A stretch of 64,000 nucleotides of DNA, from contig JBHLPF010000011.1 in the NCBI GenBank assembly GCA_048939765.1, positions 14,896 through 78,895 on the forward strand. Reading direction: 5' to 3'. The position numbers and the translations under genes were made by a program. This stretch comes from Promethearchaeota archaeon. Its GTDB lineage: Archaea; Asgardarchaeota; Thorarchaeia; Thorarchaeales; Thorarchaeaceae. Below the pieces are notes generated by a model, which saw only the letters and a list, made by a program, of their open reading frames with translations, was not told the origin of the DNA and searched no databases. Shown one piece after another: positions 47,582 to 57,658 of the stretch. Numbering within the stretch: the first letter of the stretch is position 1; every line of letters begins with the position of its first letter.

Positions 47582-48409
47582 ATGTCTGAGAAGAAGTCTA
47601 AGAAACCAGCAGCCAAGAAGAGCCCCAAGAAAAAAGCGGCACCAAAGAAGACTACTAAGAAGGCTGCTCCGACGAAGACTAAGAAAGAAAATACCGTTAA
47701 AGAGGGCAGTCTGATATACGTGGACTATGTCGCCAAGACTAAGGATGACGGCATGATCTTCGACCTTACGCTTGAGGAGGTAGCAAAAGCAGAGAATCTA
47801 TACAGCGAAAAAGACCGTTATGAACCAATCCTTGTTGCTGTGGGTTCAAACTGGCTACTAGAGGCCATTGAAGAAGCGCTCGTTGGCATGAAGGTCGATG
47901 AGAGTAAGACAATAGATGTCCCTCCAGAGCGCGGGGCGGGAAAACGAGACCCCTCACTTGTGAAGAAGATAGCAAAGATGCGCCTTGAGAAACAGGGTGT
48001 ACGAATTCAGAAGGGCGAGAGGGTTACAGTAGGGAAAGAGCAAGGAGTCATAACCCAAGTCCTAGGGAGGACTGCGATACTCGATTTCAATCCGCCATTG
48101 GCTGGAAAGACCCTTGCATTTGACGTTACAGTAAAGGGAATCATCAGCGACCCGAATGACAAGATCATGGCTGTTCTCAAGAGAAGACTTCCGGGGATAC
48201 CTCCAGACAAGTATTCTGTGACGATAAAGGGGAAGACAATCACAATCGAGTTCCCAAAGGAATCACGCTACATTCAAGACTTCCAATATGCTGAGATTGG
48301 GGTCGCCATGGATGCTTTGAAAGTCATCACCACCGCTGAGAAAGTGAAGATGGTTGTGACTTACGATCGGCCTGAACCTCCACCATCTGAGGTTGCATCT
48401 AGTGATTAG
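47582..48409 (+). CDS. Long-type archaeal FKBP peptidyl-prolyl isomerase with Lys-rich N-terminal extension
   Basis: VDYVAK, IEEALVGM, PPERGAG, DFNPPLAGKTLAFDV. Confidence 0.9.
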   Translation: MSEKKSKKPAAKKSPKKKAAPKKTTKKAAPTKTKKENTVKEGSLIYVDYVAKTKDDGMIFDLTLEEVAKAENLYSEKDRYEPILVAVGSNWLLEAIEEALVGMKVDESKTIDVPPERGAGKRDPSLVKKIAKMRLEKQGVRIQKGERVTVGKEQGVITQVLGRTAILDFNPPLAGKTLAFDVTVKGIISDPNDKIMAVLKRRLPGIPPDKYSVTIKGKTITIEFPKESRYIQDFQYAEIGVAMDALKVITTAEKVKMVVTYDRPEPPPSEVASSD

Positions 48410-48505
48410 AACGGTTTTACACCACTTAGAAACGTTTTTAAAAAGAAATTCGGACCTCGAGTCTGTCACTAGTTCTCCTGCTTTAATCTGCATACAGGGA
48501 GTTCA

Positions 48506-49147
48506 ATGAACATGGAACAACCAACGCAGGCGCCGGAACAACTGAAAACCGGAACCACAACTATAGGTCTAACGGCCAAGGACTGCACAGTATTGGCTAG
48601 CGACACGAGAGCCACAATGGGATTTCTCATCGCCAATAAGACTGCAAAGAAGATCTACAAGATAACTGACCGAATTGGTGCTACAATCGCAGGATCGGTA
48701 GCCGATGCGCAGAATATCATGGATCTGCTTAAGGCAGAAGCCAAGCTATTTGAAATTCAACGCGGACGACCGATGAAGGTGAAAGCCTTGACTCGTCTAT
48801 TGAGCAACATTCTGTTCTCAGGACGAGGCTACTACATGTTAGGATGCGTTGTGGGAGGCTTTGACGAAGACGGCCCACAGGTCTACTATCATGACTTCAT
48901 TGGCTCAGTACTCACTGACAACTATGTAGCCACGGGTTCTGGCTCCCCAGTTGCACTCGGTGTTCTAGAAGCAGAATACAAGGAGAATCTCCCCAAGGCA
49001 AAAGCCATCGAACTAGCTGTGCGTGCAATCGCCTCTGCCATAGAGAGAGATGCTGCCACAGGAAACAACATTCTTGTCAGCGTAATAGACAAGGATGGGT
49101 ATCAGGAGCTGCCTGCAGAGAAGATCCTGAAGATTTGGAAGAAATAG
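48506..49147 (+). CDS. psmB: 20S proteasome beta subunit
   Basis: Propeptide then G/TTTIG, ASDTRAT, AGSVADAQ, ATGSGS, RDAATG. Confidence 0.97.
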   Translation: MNMEQPTQAPEQLKTGTTTIGLTAKDCTVLASDTRATMGFLIANKTAKKIYKITDRIGATIAGSVADAQNIMDLLKAEAKLFEIQRGRPMKVKALTRLLSNILFSGRGYYMLGCVVGGFDEDGPQVYYHDFIGSVLTDNYVATGSGSPVALGVLEAEYKENLPKAKAIELAVRAIASAIERDAATGNNILVSVIDKDGYQELPAEKILKIWKK

Positions 49148-49260
49148 TGACTGTGTTTGTATGGTTCGCACCGTGCGAACAACACTGGTGAAACAGTGTC
49201 CCCCTTTGGGCAATTGATGTTTCAGTAGCCAAGAGGGTGTATTTGTGAAGTGGTTTTAGA

Positions 49261-51174
49261 ATGACTTCTGACGCAGAAACAGAACATGTCGATATCCGAG
49301 AGAGTGTGAAGAAGGCACTCCCCCGTTCAGCAGCGGTGACTTCCGTTGAGTATGAAGGGCCTGAAATTGCCATCTACTCAAAAGCACCCAAGATTCTCTT
49401 GGATGATGGAGATAAGATCAAAGCCCTGGCCCGGAAGATGCGGAAACGCCTTGTTGTTAGGTCGGCTCCTGAAGTCAGAGTAGGCCATGAAGAGGCAGAG
49501 GAGGCTATCAGGAACCTGGTGCCTGCAGATGCTGAAATCACATCGATTGATTTCGATGTATCAAGAGGCGAGGTCATCATTGAGGCACAAAAGCCTGGAC
49601 TTGTAATTGGCAGGAGTGGTTCTACTCTCCGAGAGATAACAAGAAGGACGTTCTGGCGACCAAGTGTCATGAGAACGCCTCCTATTGAAAGCAAGCTGAT
49701 CAAACAGATTCGCTACATAGTTCAGTCAGAAGCAGCCTACCGAAACAAGATATTCAGAGATATCGGAAGGAGAATCCATCGCCCGCCTCTGTTGAACAAT
49801 GGATGGATTCGACTCACGGCATTTGGTGGCTTCAGAGAGGTCGGTAGACAGAGCATGTTCTTGCAGACATCAGAGAGTAACATACTCATCGAGTGTGGTG
49901 TGAATGTTGGCACACCAAGCAAAGCATATCCACGTCTGGACATGCCCGAGTTCAATCTCGATGAGTTGGACGCAGTCATAGTCACTCACGCTCACCTTGA
50001 CCATTGTGGAATGGTCCCATTTCTATACAAGTATGGCTACAGGGGACCAGTCTACATGACTGCACCCACTCTGAATCTGGCCACGCTTCTCCAGCTAGAC
50101 TATCTTGACGTGGCTGAGAGAGAAGGAAAGCTCAGGCCCTATCGTGATAGGGATGTTAAGGAGGCAATCCTTCACACAGTGACACTGAACTACGGAGAGG
50201 TCACCGATATTGCACCTGATGTACGACTCACCCTCCATAATGCAGGACACATTCTCGGTTCCGCCATTGTCCACCTTCACATTGGAGACGGCCAATACAA
50301 CTTGGCATATACAGGGGACTTCAAGTTTGGGCGAACACGATTGCTTGAACCTGCCACCTTTACATTTCCGCGACTTGAAACCCTCGTGGTTGAAAGCACA
50401 TACGGCCATCCGACAGATAAGATGCCACCAAGGCAGGAAGTTGAGCGCAAGTTTGCATCGATTATCAAGAGGACTATAGAGAGAGGCGGCAAAGTCCTGA
50501 TTCCAGTGCTTGCAGTGGGTCGAGCACAGGAGATCATGTTGGTCTTGGAAGACCTCGTGACAAAGAAGAGAATTCCCAAGATACCTATATACATCGAGGG
50601 AATGATCGCCCAAGCGACAGCGATTCACACTACTCACCCAGAGGCGCTAAGCAAGAAGATCCGTGAGATGATCTTTCACCAAGGGATCAATCCATTCCTC
50701 AACGAGATATTCGTGCAGGTTGACAGCCATGAGCAACGCGAGGAGATAGTGGAGGGAGAGCCTTGTATCATAATGGCCACGTCTGGAATGCTGGCAGGAG
50801 GGCCAAGTGTTGAGTACTTCAGACTACTGGCGCCCGACGAGAAGAACACTCTATGTTTTGTGAGCTACCAGAGCCCCCAGACGCTTGGTAGTAGAATCCA
50901 GAAGGGCTGGAAAGAGATTCCGATGAGAAACCGCGATGGCCAACAGGTCATAGTTCCGGTACATTTGGAAGTAGCGACTGTTGAGGGATTCTCGGGACAC
51001 TCAGACCGAAAACAGATTCTCAATTTCGTGAAACGTGTTAATCCTGCTCCAGAGAGAGTTCTCACATGTCATGGAGAGGCAACGAAATGTCTGAATCTGG
51101 CATCAACTGTTCATAAGGCTCTGAATATCGATACTAAAGCCCTGAGCGTCACGGAGAGTATCAAACTCCGATAA
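49261..51174 (+). CDS. fttA: aCPSF1/FttA beta-CASP ribonuclease with KH domains (transcription termination factor)
   Basis: EYEGPE, KPGLVIG, HAHLDHCG, AGHILGS, GFSGHSD; canonical position after psmB. Confidence 0.97.
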   Translation: MTSDAETEHVDIRESVKKALPRSAAVTSVEYEGPEIAIYSKAPKILLDDGDKIKALARKMRKRLVVRSAPEVRVGHEEAEEAIRNLVPADAEITSIDFDVSRGEVIIEAQKPGLVIGRSGSTLREITRRTFWRPSVMRTPPIESKLIKQIRYIVQSEAAYRNKIFRDIGRRIHRPPLLNNGWIRLTAFGGFREVGRQSMFLQTSESNILIECGVNVGTPSKAYPRLDMPEFNLDELDAVIVTHAHLDHCGMVPFLYKYGYRGPVYMTAPTLNLATLLQLDYLDVAEREGKLRPYRDRDVKEAILHTVTLNYGEVTDIAPDVRLTLHNAGHILGSAIVHLHIGDGQYNLAYTGDFKFGRTRLLEPATFTFPRLETLVVESTYGHPTDKMPPRQEVERKFASIIKRTIERGGKVLIPVLAVGRAQEIMLVLEDLVTKKRIPKIPIYIEGMIAQATAIHTTHPEALSKKIREMIFHQGINPFLNEIFVQVDSHEQREEIVEGEPCIIMATSGMLAGGPSVEYFRLLAPDEKNTLCFVSYQSPQTLGSRIQKGWKEIPMRNRDGQQVIVPVHLEVATVEGFSGHSDRKQILNFVKRVNPAPERVLTCHGEATKCLNLASTVHKALNIDTKALSVTESIKLR

Positions 51175-51176
51175 TA

Positions 51177-51578
51177 CTAGAGCTTGACAAATGATGGAGT
51201 GACAATTACACACGTATCGTTGACCAGAGCAATATCGGCTTGATAGATGCGAGTTTCTCCTCGAATCCGTTCTATGATTCGTTTCAGTTCGAGATGTGTC
51301 TTCTCTTTTCCGTCGTTTAGCTGAGCTATGTCAAGCAGTACTATATTCCCTTGGCGAATCTGGTTCACAATATACGGTACATCTTCAAGAGAGGCGAGGC
51401 GTTTTGACCTTACAAAAATAGACTCTAATTCAGCCAGTCTTCTGCAATCGCGTGTTGGGTCGAATTCTGAGTCATCCATAATAGGAGAGAAGATTCCGAG
51501 TCCAGGATATTTTGACTTGGTTTCAGTCTCAGCTGTCGTGGTGAAGTCCTTACTCCTGAGTCTAGACAAGAATCTCAA
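51177..51578 (-). CDS. sepF: Cell division protein SepF
   Basis: N-terminal amphipathic MRFLSRL; LEDV..I...IRQGNIVLLDI, LKRIIERI, VIVTPSFVKL. Confidence 0.85.
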   Translation of the reverse strand: MRFLSRLRSKDFTTTAETETKSKYPGLGIFSPIMDDSEFDPTRDCRRLAELESIFVRSKRLASLEDVPYIVNQIRQGNIVLLDIAQLNDGKEKTHLELKRIIERIRGETRIYQADIALVNDTCVIVTPSFVKL

Positions 51579-51690
51579 CTTGATTCACCTCATGTCTAAT
51601 TCCATGGGAGAATCATACCAAGAAAAGACCGAGTATTATGATGGCCTACGCTTGGTGAACAACTTTTATACTCCCTCTCGGCATCAATGA

Positions 51691-54378
51691 GTGATGGCGA
51701 TGTCTCCGCAGAGTCTGGAGCACAGGCGGGTAATGAAGCTACAGGAACAGCTCAAAGCCCTAGGCAACAGGTACGCAGTAGAGATACTGCAGGTCTTGAG
51801 TCCCAAGACAGGTGATATGATTCCAAGCCTCGGATGGGAGGGCGTAATCGATGGAGTCCTAGAACTGAAAGGTTTTCACAAGCCAGATCCTAGCCCATCT
51901 GGGGACAAGACTCAGCAGGAGGCAGACTATCAGGAGAAACATCAACGGTTTGTCTCTGGCGGTACGCTTTATGAAACAATGAACAAGCTCGCTAAAGTTG
52001 GCTTTGTCAATGCCATTGGTGCAAGAGGAAGGAAGAATAGAAGGTTCACAATCACTCATGAGGGACGTCTAGCACTCTCTGCAATCGCGGGAATGCAGGG
52101 CCCAACGGCCATTGATACAGAGATTCAGAAGGCTGCGAAAGTTCTCCTGAAACATAAGAACTTCACAAGGCTATTACCTGCCCAAGAGAAGTTTCTGAAG
52201 GAGGTTGGGGCTGTTGATGGCAACCTCGTAATTCAGATGCCCCCTGGTTCTGGAAAGACCTTCCTCGCAATGATTGCTATTCTAATCAGGCTTCAAAGAG
52301 GAGTGAAATGCCTGTATCTTACTCCATATACTTCACTGAATACTCAGGTCATTGATGAATATCGAGAGTTGTTTGAGAACCTCGGATACTCCGTTGTGAG
52401 GCACGATGGCTCTCATAGAGCAACGGACTCAGATCTGCAAAACGCCGCGTTAATTGTGTCGGTCCTTGAGTCATCCCTCTCCGCTGTTCTAGAGGGAAAA
52501 TCCTGGACTGATAGAATTGGACTTGCTGTGATTGACGAGCTTACCGAACTTGATTCTGCCGTAATCAGAAAAGAGCCGCAGAGTCTTGGAATGGATAGAA
52601 GCACCAAGCTTGACTGTCTAATCACTCAGCTGAAAGACAGTACGCAGCTGATCACGTTGTCCTCACGGTTTGGTAGGACGGGTGAGATTGCAGACTGGCT
52701 TGACGCCACTGTATTCAGACCAAGTGTGCGTCTGACCCCGGATGAGTTCATCGTCAGTGAGGAGGAGGAGGGCATGGTCATCGAGAGCAGTGATGGGACT
52801 CAGCGCAGGACCTTCAAGACGGATTCACTCATCAATGCTGTAATCGAACATATGGAGGACTACCAAGATCGTGCCGTGCTCATTGTTGTGGGAACACGTG
52901 ACGCGGCCGAGGGAATAGCAGAATACATGGCTCAAGCGCATCCAAGGACAATTTCAGAGACCACAATATCTTGGATATTGGGACCAGAGAAGGACTTGCC
53001 AGTGAGCTCAAGACTGAAGAAGACTCTAGTCCATGGTGTTGCATTTCATCACGCAGGACTAGATGCTGATGTGCGTGAACGGTTAGAGGGGAGCATCAAG
53101 AATGGAACGGTCAAGACGGTTGTGTCCACCACAGGTATCACATCAGGGATCAGCTTTCCATTTGATTGTGTCATGATCGCCTTCGGAACCGGGATGTACT
53201 TCTTGGTCTCTAGGTCTCGATACCTTCAGATTGCTGGGAGAATCGGCGAGTATTATCTCTCCAAGCACGGTGGAAAGGTCTATCTAATGTATGATGGGCC
53301 AACAATGCAGTTCAGAGATGTTGAAACACTCAAGGAAACGCTTCTTCATCGACCCATCGACCCACTTCGTCCAGGTGAGCTTCATCCAGCACTTATTGCG
53401 AGCCTAATGATGAGGGAGGCTGTCAAAGGGAGAACATTCACTCGGGATGACCTTCTTGCCAGATTCCTCAGGTTTGCTGAAGCAACCTTCAGAGGGCGTG
53501 TAGATCAAGAATATACAGAGAATATGACAGGGATGTTTCTGCAGCTGTTCGATTGGCTGGTTAAGCAAGGGGTTCTTGAAGCTAAGGATGGTAGATTCAA
53601 GATAAGCAAAGAAGCAAAGGTCGCTGTCGGTTCCGGGCTGAACATTCTCGAGTTTCTTGCAGCAAGAGAAACCCTAGAGGACATGAAACCTGACACAGAC
53701 CAGTCTGAGTTCATTGAGCTGCTTCTGAGATTCAGTCTGCCTCAGGGAATCCGTCCTAGAGCCCTGATTCCAACAGATATAGAACTGAAACTGGCTGGAC
53801 TTGATTTGCCAGGTGAGAGGTATGTCAGGTTTAAGCAGCGTCGAGATGACTACAAGAAATCGGTCTTGCATAGATGGCTTGATGAAATGAGTGTGGAAGA
53901 TGCAATTGCACTCACTGAGGCGGCTGCAAAGGATGCCATGGAAGGCAGGCAGTCCATTGGAAGTGATATCGGCGAAGGCGACCTCGAAGCGCTTGTGAAT
54001 ATCTCCAGCAGTATTTCATGGAGCATCAGCGAGTTCCTGCACGCTAGGAGAAGAAAGAAGCTGGGCCGACGGTTTGAACTCCTGGGTAATCAGCTCAGGT
54101 ATGGTGTACGGCAGGACCTCGCCGGTTCAGACATTTTTCACCTTCTGGTGTCTATTGATGGCTCCATGGACAGACGTCTATCCAGAACCGAAATCAGGAC
54201 GCTGTTTGATTGCGGCTATGAGTCAATCAATGATATAGTGAGAAAGGATATTGATGCAAAGATGCATGGTTTTGCCAGAGACCGGTTTGCTAAGAACTGT
54301 GGACTGGACCCTGATTTAGCCAAGATGGTCTACAAGTCAGCTCTGGAGCATCTCAAAGCACGGCTAGATGATGATTAG
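51691..54378 (+). CDS. Winged-helix fused divergent Ski2/Hel308-like SF2 helicase
   Basis: N-terminal ArsR-like wHTH (LKALGN..AVEILQVL ... GTLYETMNKL.KVGFV ... FTITHEG); PPGSGKT, DELT, GVAFHHAGL, QIAGRIG. Confidence 0.82.
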   Translation: MMAMSPQSLEHRRVMKLQEQLKALGNRYAVEILQVLSPKTGDMIPSLGWEGVIDGVLELKGFHKPDPSPSGDKTQQEADYQEKHQRFVSGGTLYETMNKLAKVGFVNAIGARGRKNRRFTITHEGRLALSAIAGMQGPTAIDTEIQKAAKVLLKHKNFTRLLPAQEKFLKEVGAVDGNLVIQMPPGSGKTFLAMIAILIRLQRGVKCLYLTPYTSLNTQVIDEYRELFENLGYSVVRHDGSHRATDSDLQNAALIVSVLESSLSAVLEGKSWTDRIGLAVIDELTELDSAVIRKEPQSLGMDRSTKLDCLITQLKDSTQLITLSSRFGRTGEIADWLDATVFRPSVRLTPDEFIVSEEEEGMVIESSDGTQRRTFKTDSLINAVIEHMEDYQDRAVLIVVGTRDAAEGIAEYMAQAHPRTISETTISWILGPEKDLPVSSRLKKTLVHGVAFHHAGLDADVRERLEGSIKNGTVKTVVSTTGITSGISFPFDCVMIAFGTGMYFLVSRSRYLQIAGRIGEYYLSKHGGKVYLMYDGPTMQFRDVETLKETLLHRPIDPLRPGELHPALIASLMMREAVKGRTFTRDDLLARFLRFAEATFRGRVDQEYTENMTGMFLQLFDWLVKQGVLEAKDGRFKISKEAKVAVGSGLNILEFLAARETLEDMKPDTDQSEFIELLLRFSLPQGIRPRALIPTDIELKLAGLDLPGERYVRFKQRRDDYKKSVLHRWLDEMSVEDAIALTEAAAKDAMEGRQSIGSDIGEGDLEALVNISSSISWSISEFLHARRRKKLGRRFELLGNQLRYGVRQDLAGSDIFHLLVSIDGSMDRRLSRTEIRTLFDCGYESINDIVRKDIDAKMHGFARDRFAKNCGLDPDLAKMVYKSALEHLKARLDDD

Positions 54379-54881
54379 TTTCTGCCGAAATCCCAGAGTG
54401 CATCATTTACATGATGCTTTGACATGATTACCTTTCCCTCAGATGCCGCTCTCAACTCCTCTGTGGACATCTTCGATATTCCAACAGCCAGAGGTTTGCC
54501 ATGCCGTTCGTCAACTATCGCGACCACTGACCCAGCGGTAATTCCATCTTCAATCTTTGTGATTCCTGGACGCATGATGTCTGCACCGTTGACGACAAAT
54601 CTAACCGCACCCATGTCGACTGTGACTGTAGGGACTGTTATGACTCCATGCAGTAGTGCATGGAGCGTAGGCAGAAGTTTACCATCCTCCTCGAAGAAGA
54701 TTATCTCACCTTCATAGAGAATGATGTGGTCCCCGGTATCAAGGATTCCTTCTTCAAGCTTCACCTTGGGATCCAAGCTTGCGGGCTGCGCACCCAACTC
54801 TTGCTCTATGCGGTCCATGTATTCTCTCTGAGCGCGCTTCTTCAACAGATGGCGTTTCTTTATTCTCTCTATCTTTGGCAT
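54375..54881 (-). CDS. PUA-domain RNA-binding protein (DUF1947 / MCT-1-like)
   Basis: LPTL, VDMGAVRFVVNGADIMRPGI, HHVNDALW. Confidence 0.92.
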   Translation of the reverse strand: MPKIERIKKRHLLKKRAQREYMDRIEQELGAQPASLDPKVKLEEGILDTGDHIILYEGEIIFFEEDGKLLPTLHALLHGVITVPTVTVDMGAVRFVVNGADIMRPGITKIEDGITAGSVVAIVDERHGKPLAVGISKMSTEELRAASEGKVIMSKHHVNDALWDFGRN

Positions 54882-55044
54882 TTCGCAGAAGGAAACCACA
54901 GTTCCTTTTCAAGGCTGCGAATTGACTTCTAGAGTGTGCAAAAGAGCAAAGCTTCATCGTCATCTTTTTAAGCCATGTCCGAAAACTAGCGGGAACGTCA
55001 CAGGCCTACGGCCACATGAGGTTCCTTCTACGATGGTGATGCTA

Positions 55045-55311
55045 ATGAACGCAGGTCGGCCTATGGAACTGCTACAGAACTCCATTGGAGCACAGGTGCT
55101 TGTAGAGCTAAAAGGCAGGAAACAGATCAAGGGTCGTCTGCGCGGCTACGATCAGCATCTGAACCTCGTCCTAGAAGATGCAGAGGAAATCTCATTCAAT
55201 GCTGAAACTGGTGAACAGACTGTGACACAGGTCGCTAACGTGATCGTAAGAGGCGACAATGTCGTCATTGTGTCACCACCGCCCAAGCAGGGCAAGAAGA
55301 AGAAGGAGTAG
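55045..55311 (+). CDS. lsm: Lsm/SmAP1 protein
   Basis: [27 protein letters not shown]; adjacent to rpl37e. Confidence 0.95.
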   Translation: MNAGRPMELLQNSIGAQVLVELKGRKQIKGRLRGYDQHLNLVLEDAEEISFNAETGEQTVTQVANVIVRGDNVVIVSPPPKQGKKKKE

Positions 55312-55319
55312 AATGCGCA

Positions 55320-55508
55320 ATGGGAAAGGGTACACCCGCAAGAGGGAAGAAAAACAATCCACACCATATTAGGTGTAGAAGATGCGGTAGAAGGTCGTAC
55401 CATGTCAGGAACAAGAAGTGCGCAGCTTGTGGCTATGGTGCTTCATCCAAACTTCGTCAGTATGCTTGGGCGCACAAAAAGGTCCATGGTATACGAGTAC
55501 GAGGATAA
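55320..55508 (+). CDS. rpl37e: 50S ribosomal protein eL37
   Basis: [25 protein letters not shown]. Confidence 0.97.
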   Translation: MGKGTPARGKKNNPHHIRCRRCGRRSYHVRNKKCAACGYGASSKLRQYAWAHKKVHGIRVRG

Positions 55509-55786
55509 GCCGCGCATATTCAGTTCCTATCGGTAAGAGGATTTCAGAGAACACTCAATTTTGATGATTTGCTGAAAGTCATTGGACTTCAGGAATGAGG
55601 ATACTAGTTCTGCAGCTCCCTCTGCATCCGTTTGCCAGGACAATTCATTATCCTCAGAATCACTCCAGAATTCTCCAACAGTTCTAGAACGAGATGTGAA
55701 CCACAGGTTTGCCCAATTGGTCATCACTCTTAAAAGACTTGGAGAGTATACCTTTTGGGTCTTAATCGTTCGAGAAGAGGATTTGA

Positions 55787-57619
55787 ATGAGAAGGTTCGC
55801 GTGGATTGGTCTGGTTCTTCTATTCTCTATGATAGTGCACTGTACTGTATATTCAGAGATACCTTCTACAAGAGAGTCACTTCAGATGACAAATGAGAGT
55901 AGAGGATTTCAGAGTTCATATACAAGTAGAGGCCCCATCGCCATCCTCAGTGACGCTGACTTCAGCAGGTATGGATTTCCCGGGACTGGAGATGAAAACA
56001 CGCCCTACAGAATTGAGGGCTACAATATCACTGACAGCAATTACGAATTGATAGTCATTGAGAATACTGAAGCGTTCTTTGTAATCCAGCAGAACTACCT
56101 TGATAGTATAACTTCATCGCTGGATGGCATCTATATACGAAATGCGAAGAATGGGCTAGTTTACAACAATACTGCAGTCAATAACAGACATGGGATCTTC
56201 ATAGACAAGGGCTGTCAGAGCATAAACATCACACTTAACGAGGTCAGCGATACATCGCAGAGTGGGATCAGAATTAACGGCTCGACGGATGTAAGAGTGC
56301 GCAATAATGAAATATACCAAAACACCTACAATGGCATCTGGGCGAATTATTCAACACATCTTGAGATTTGGAATAATACAATCTATGATGATGAACTGGG
56401 CATCTGGTTGAGAAACTCAAATAGCTGTCAGGTCTTTGAGAATCTGCTATTTGGGAACGACAATGGGATTTGGATTTCCAATCAGTCTACGTCCAACAAC
56501 ATCGCTTTCAATCGAATCTTTGACCCAGATAACCTGAATCCTAACACCTGTGGTATTCATCTTTCCCATAATGCGTCTGAGAACAATATTCTCCTCAACA
56601 CAGTGGAAAACTCTACAGAACATGGGTTCTACGTGGAAGCATCATCAGGCAACAACACGATAAAGTGGAACGCATTCATCGGTAACAACATTGGCGGGAC
56701 ATCTCAAGCACTTGATCACGCCTCTGTGAATGTTCAGTACAACTACTGGAGTGATTGGACCACTCCTGATGCAAATCTCGATCAAATTGTGGACTTTCCA
56801 TATGCGCTTGAAGGAGCTGCAATGAACGAGGACCCATTTCCATTGACCCGACCTGCAAACGCATCTGTGGTTCACTTTCTGACACCAATTAGAGTACTGT
56901 CCCCGAATGGTGGAGAGGAGATTACAGACTCCGCTATCATACAGTGGACCCCAAGCTATGATTCAGAGAATCATGCGGTCAATTATTCGATCTATGTTTC
57001 TAGTAACTCGGGAGCAGATTGGGAAAAGAAGGTCGAGAATCTGACAACTACTCAATATGAATGGGACACCACATCCGAATTGAAGTCAACTCATTATCTT
57101 ATTCGAGTAATTGCTGAATGTTCTGGCGGTTTGAATGTGTCGGACGAATCTGATGGGGAGTTCTCATTGATTCCACATACTTTGTCAGAAGTCGTTATCA
57201 CTTCGCCAGCCAATTCGGGTCCATTTGATAGGAGTCTCATGATAGGATGGGATGCGGTGGCAGATTCTTGGGGATGGAGTGTGAGCTATTCTCTGCAATA
57301 TTCATCCACCGGAGGCTATGATTGGAATGATTTAGCGTCTGGACTGACTGATACCACCTATCAGTGGGACATCTCCCAATTAGAAGAAGACAACACCTAT
57401 GTTGTAAAGATCATTGCTTCGGCTGATGGGGGATTATCATCCGAGGCCATCTCAGTGTTGTTTTCGATTCAGCATGTGACAACTACAACCACACCCACGA
57501 CACCGACAGGAGGACCTGACTTGACTCCGCTCTTGGTTGGAGGAGTTGGGATCACAAGTGCGGTGGTAGCAATAATTGTAGTGATTTTACTGAAGAAGAA
57601 GAGGGCAAGCAAGTCCTGA
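55787..57619 (+). CDS. Surface protein: right-handed beta-helix (NosD-like), two Ig/Fn3-like domains, Thr-rich linker, C-terminal TM
   Basis: Signal peptide, G.G....PY.IEG cap, N-rich GI.. repeats, NYWSDW..PD, SPNGGE, anchor plus KKKR. Confidence 0.85.
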   Translation: MRRFAWIGLVLLFSMIVHCTVYSEIPSTRESLQMTNESRGFQSSYTSRGPIAILSDADFSRYGFPGTGDENTPYRIEGYNITDSNYELIVIENTEAFFVIQQNYLDSITSSLDGIYIRNAKNGLVYNNTAVNNRHGIFIDKGCQSINITLNEVSDTSQSGIRINGSTDVRVRNNEIYQNTYNGIWANYSTHLEIWNNTIYDDELGIWLRNSNSCQVFENLLFGNDNGIWISNQSTSNNIAFNRIFDPDNLNPNTCGIHLSHNASENNILLNTVENSTEHGFYVEASSGNNTIKWNAFIGNNIGGTSQALDHASVNVQYNYWSDWTTPDANLDQIVDFPYALEGAAMNEDPFPLTRPANASVVHFLTPIRVLSPNGGEEITDSAIIQWTPSYDSENHAVNYSIYVSSNSGADWEKKVENLTTTQYEWDTTSELKSTHYLIRVIAECSGGLNVSDESDGEFSLIPHTLSEVVITSPANSGPFDRSLMIGWDAVADSWGWSVSYSLQYSSTGGYDWNDLASGLTDTTYQWDISQLEEDNTYVVKIIASADGGLSSEAISVLFSIQHVTTTTTPTTPTGGPDLTPLLVGGVGITSAVVAIIVVILLKKKRASKS

Positions 57620-57658
57620 TGAGAACCCGAGCAACAAATCGAGGAGAATTGATAACAG

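Noticed and set aside
55527-55727. 66-aa minus-strand ORF and inverted repeat TGAGGATA/TATCCTCA after rpl37e
   Set aside because: No motif support for the ORF, and a single 8-bp repeat is within chance; cannot call a gene, MITE or RNA
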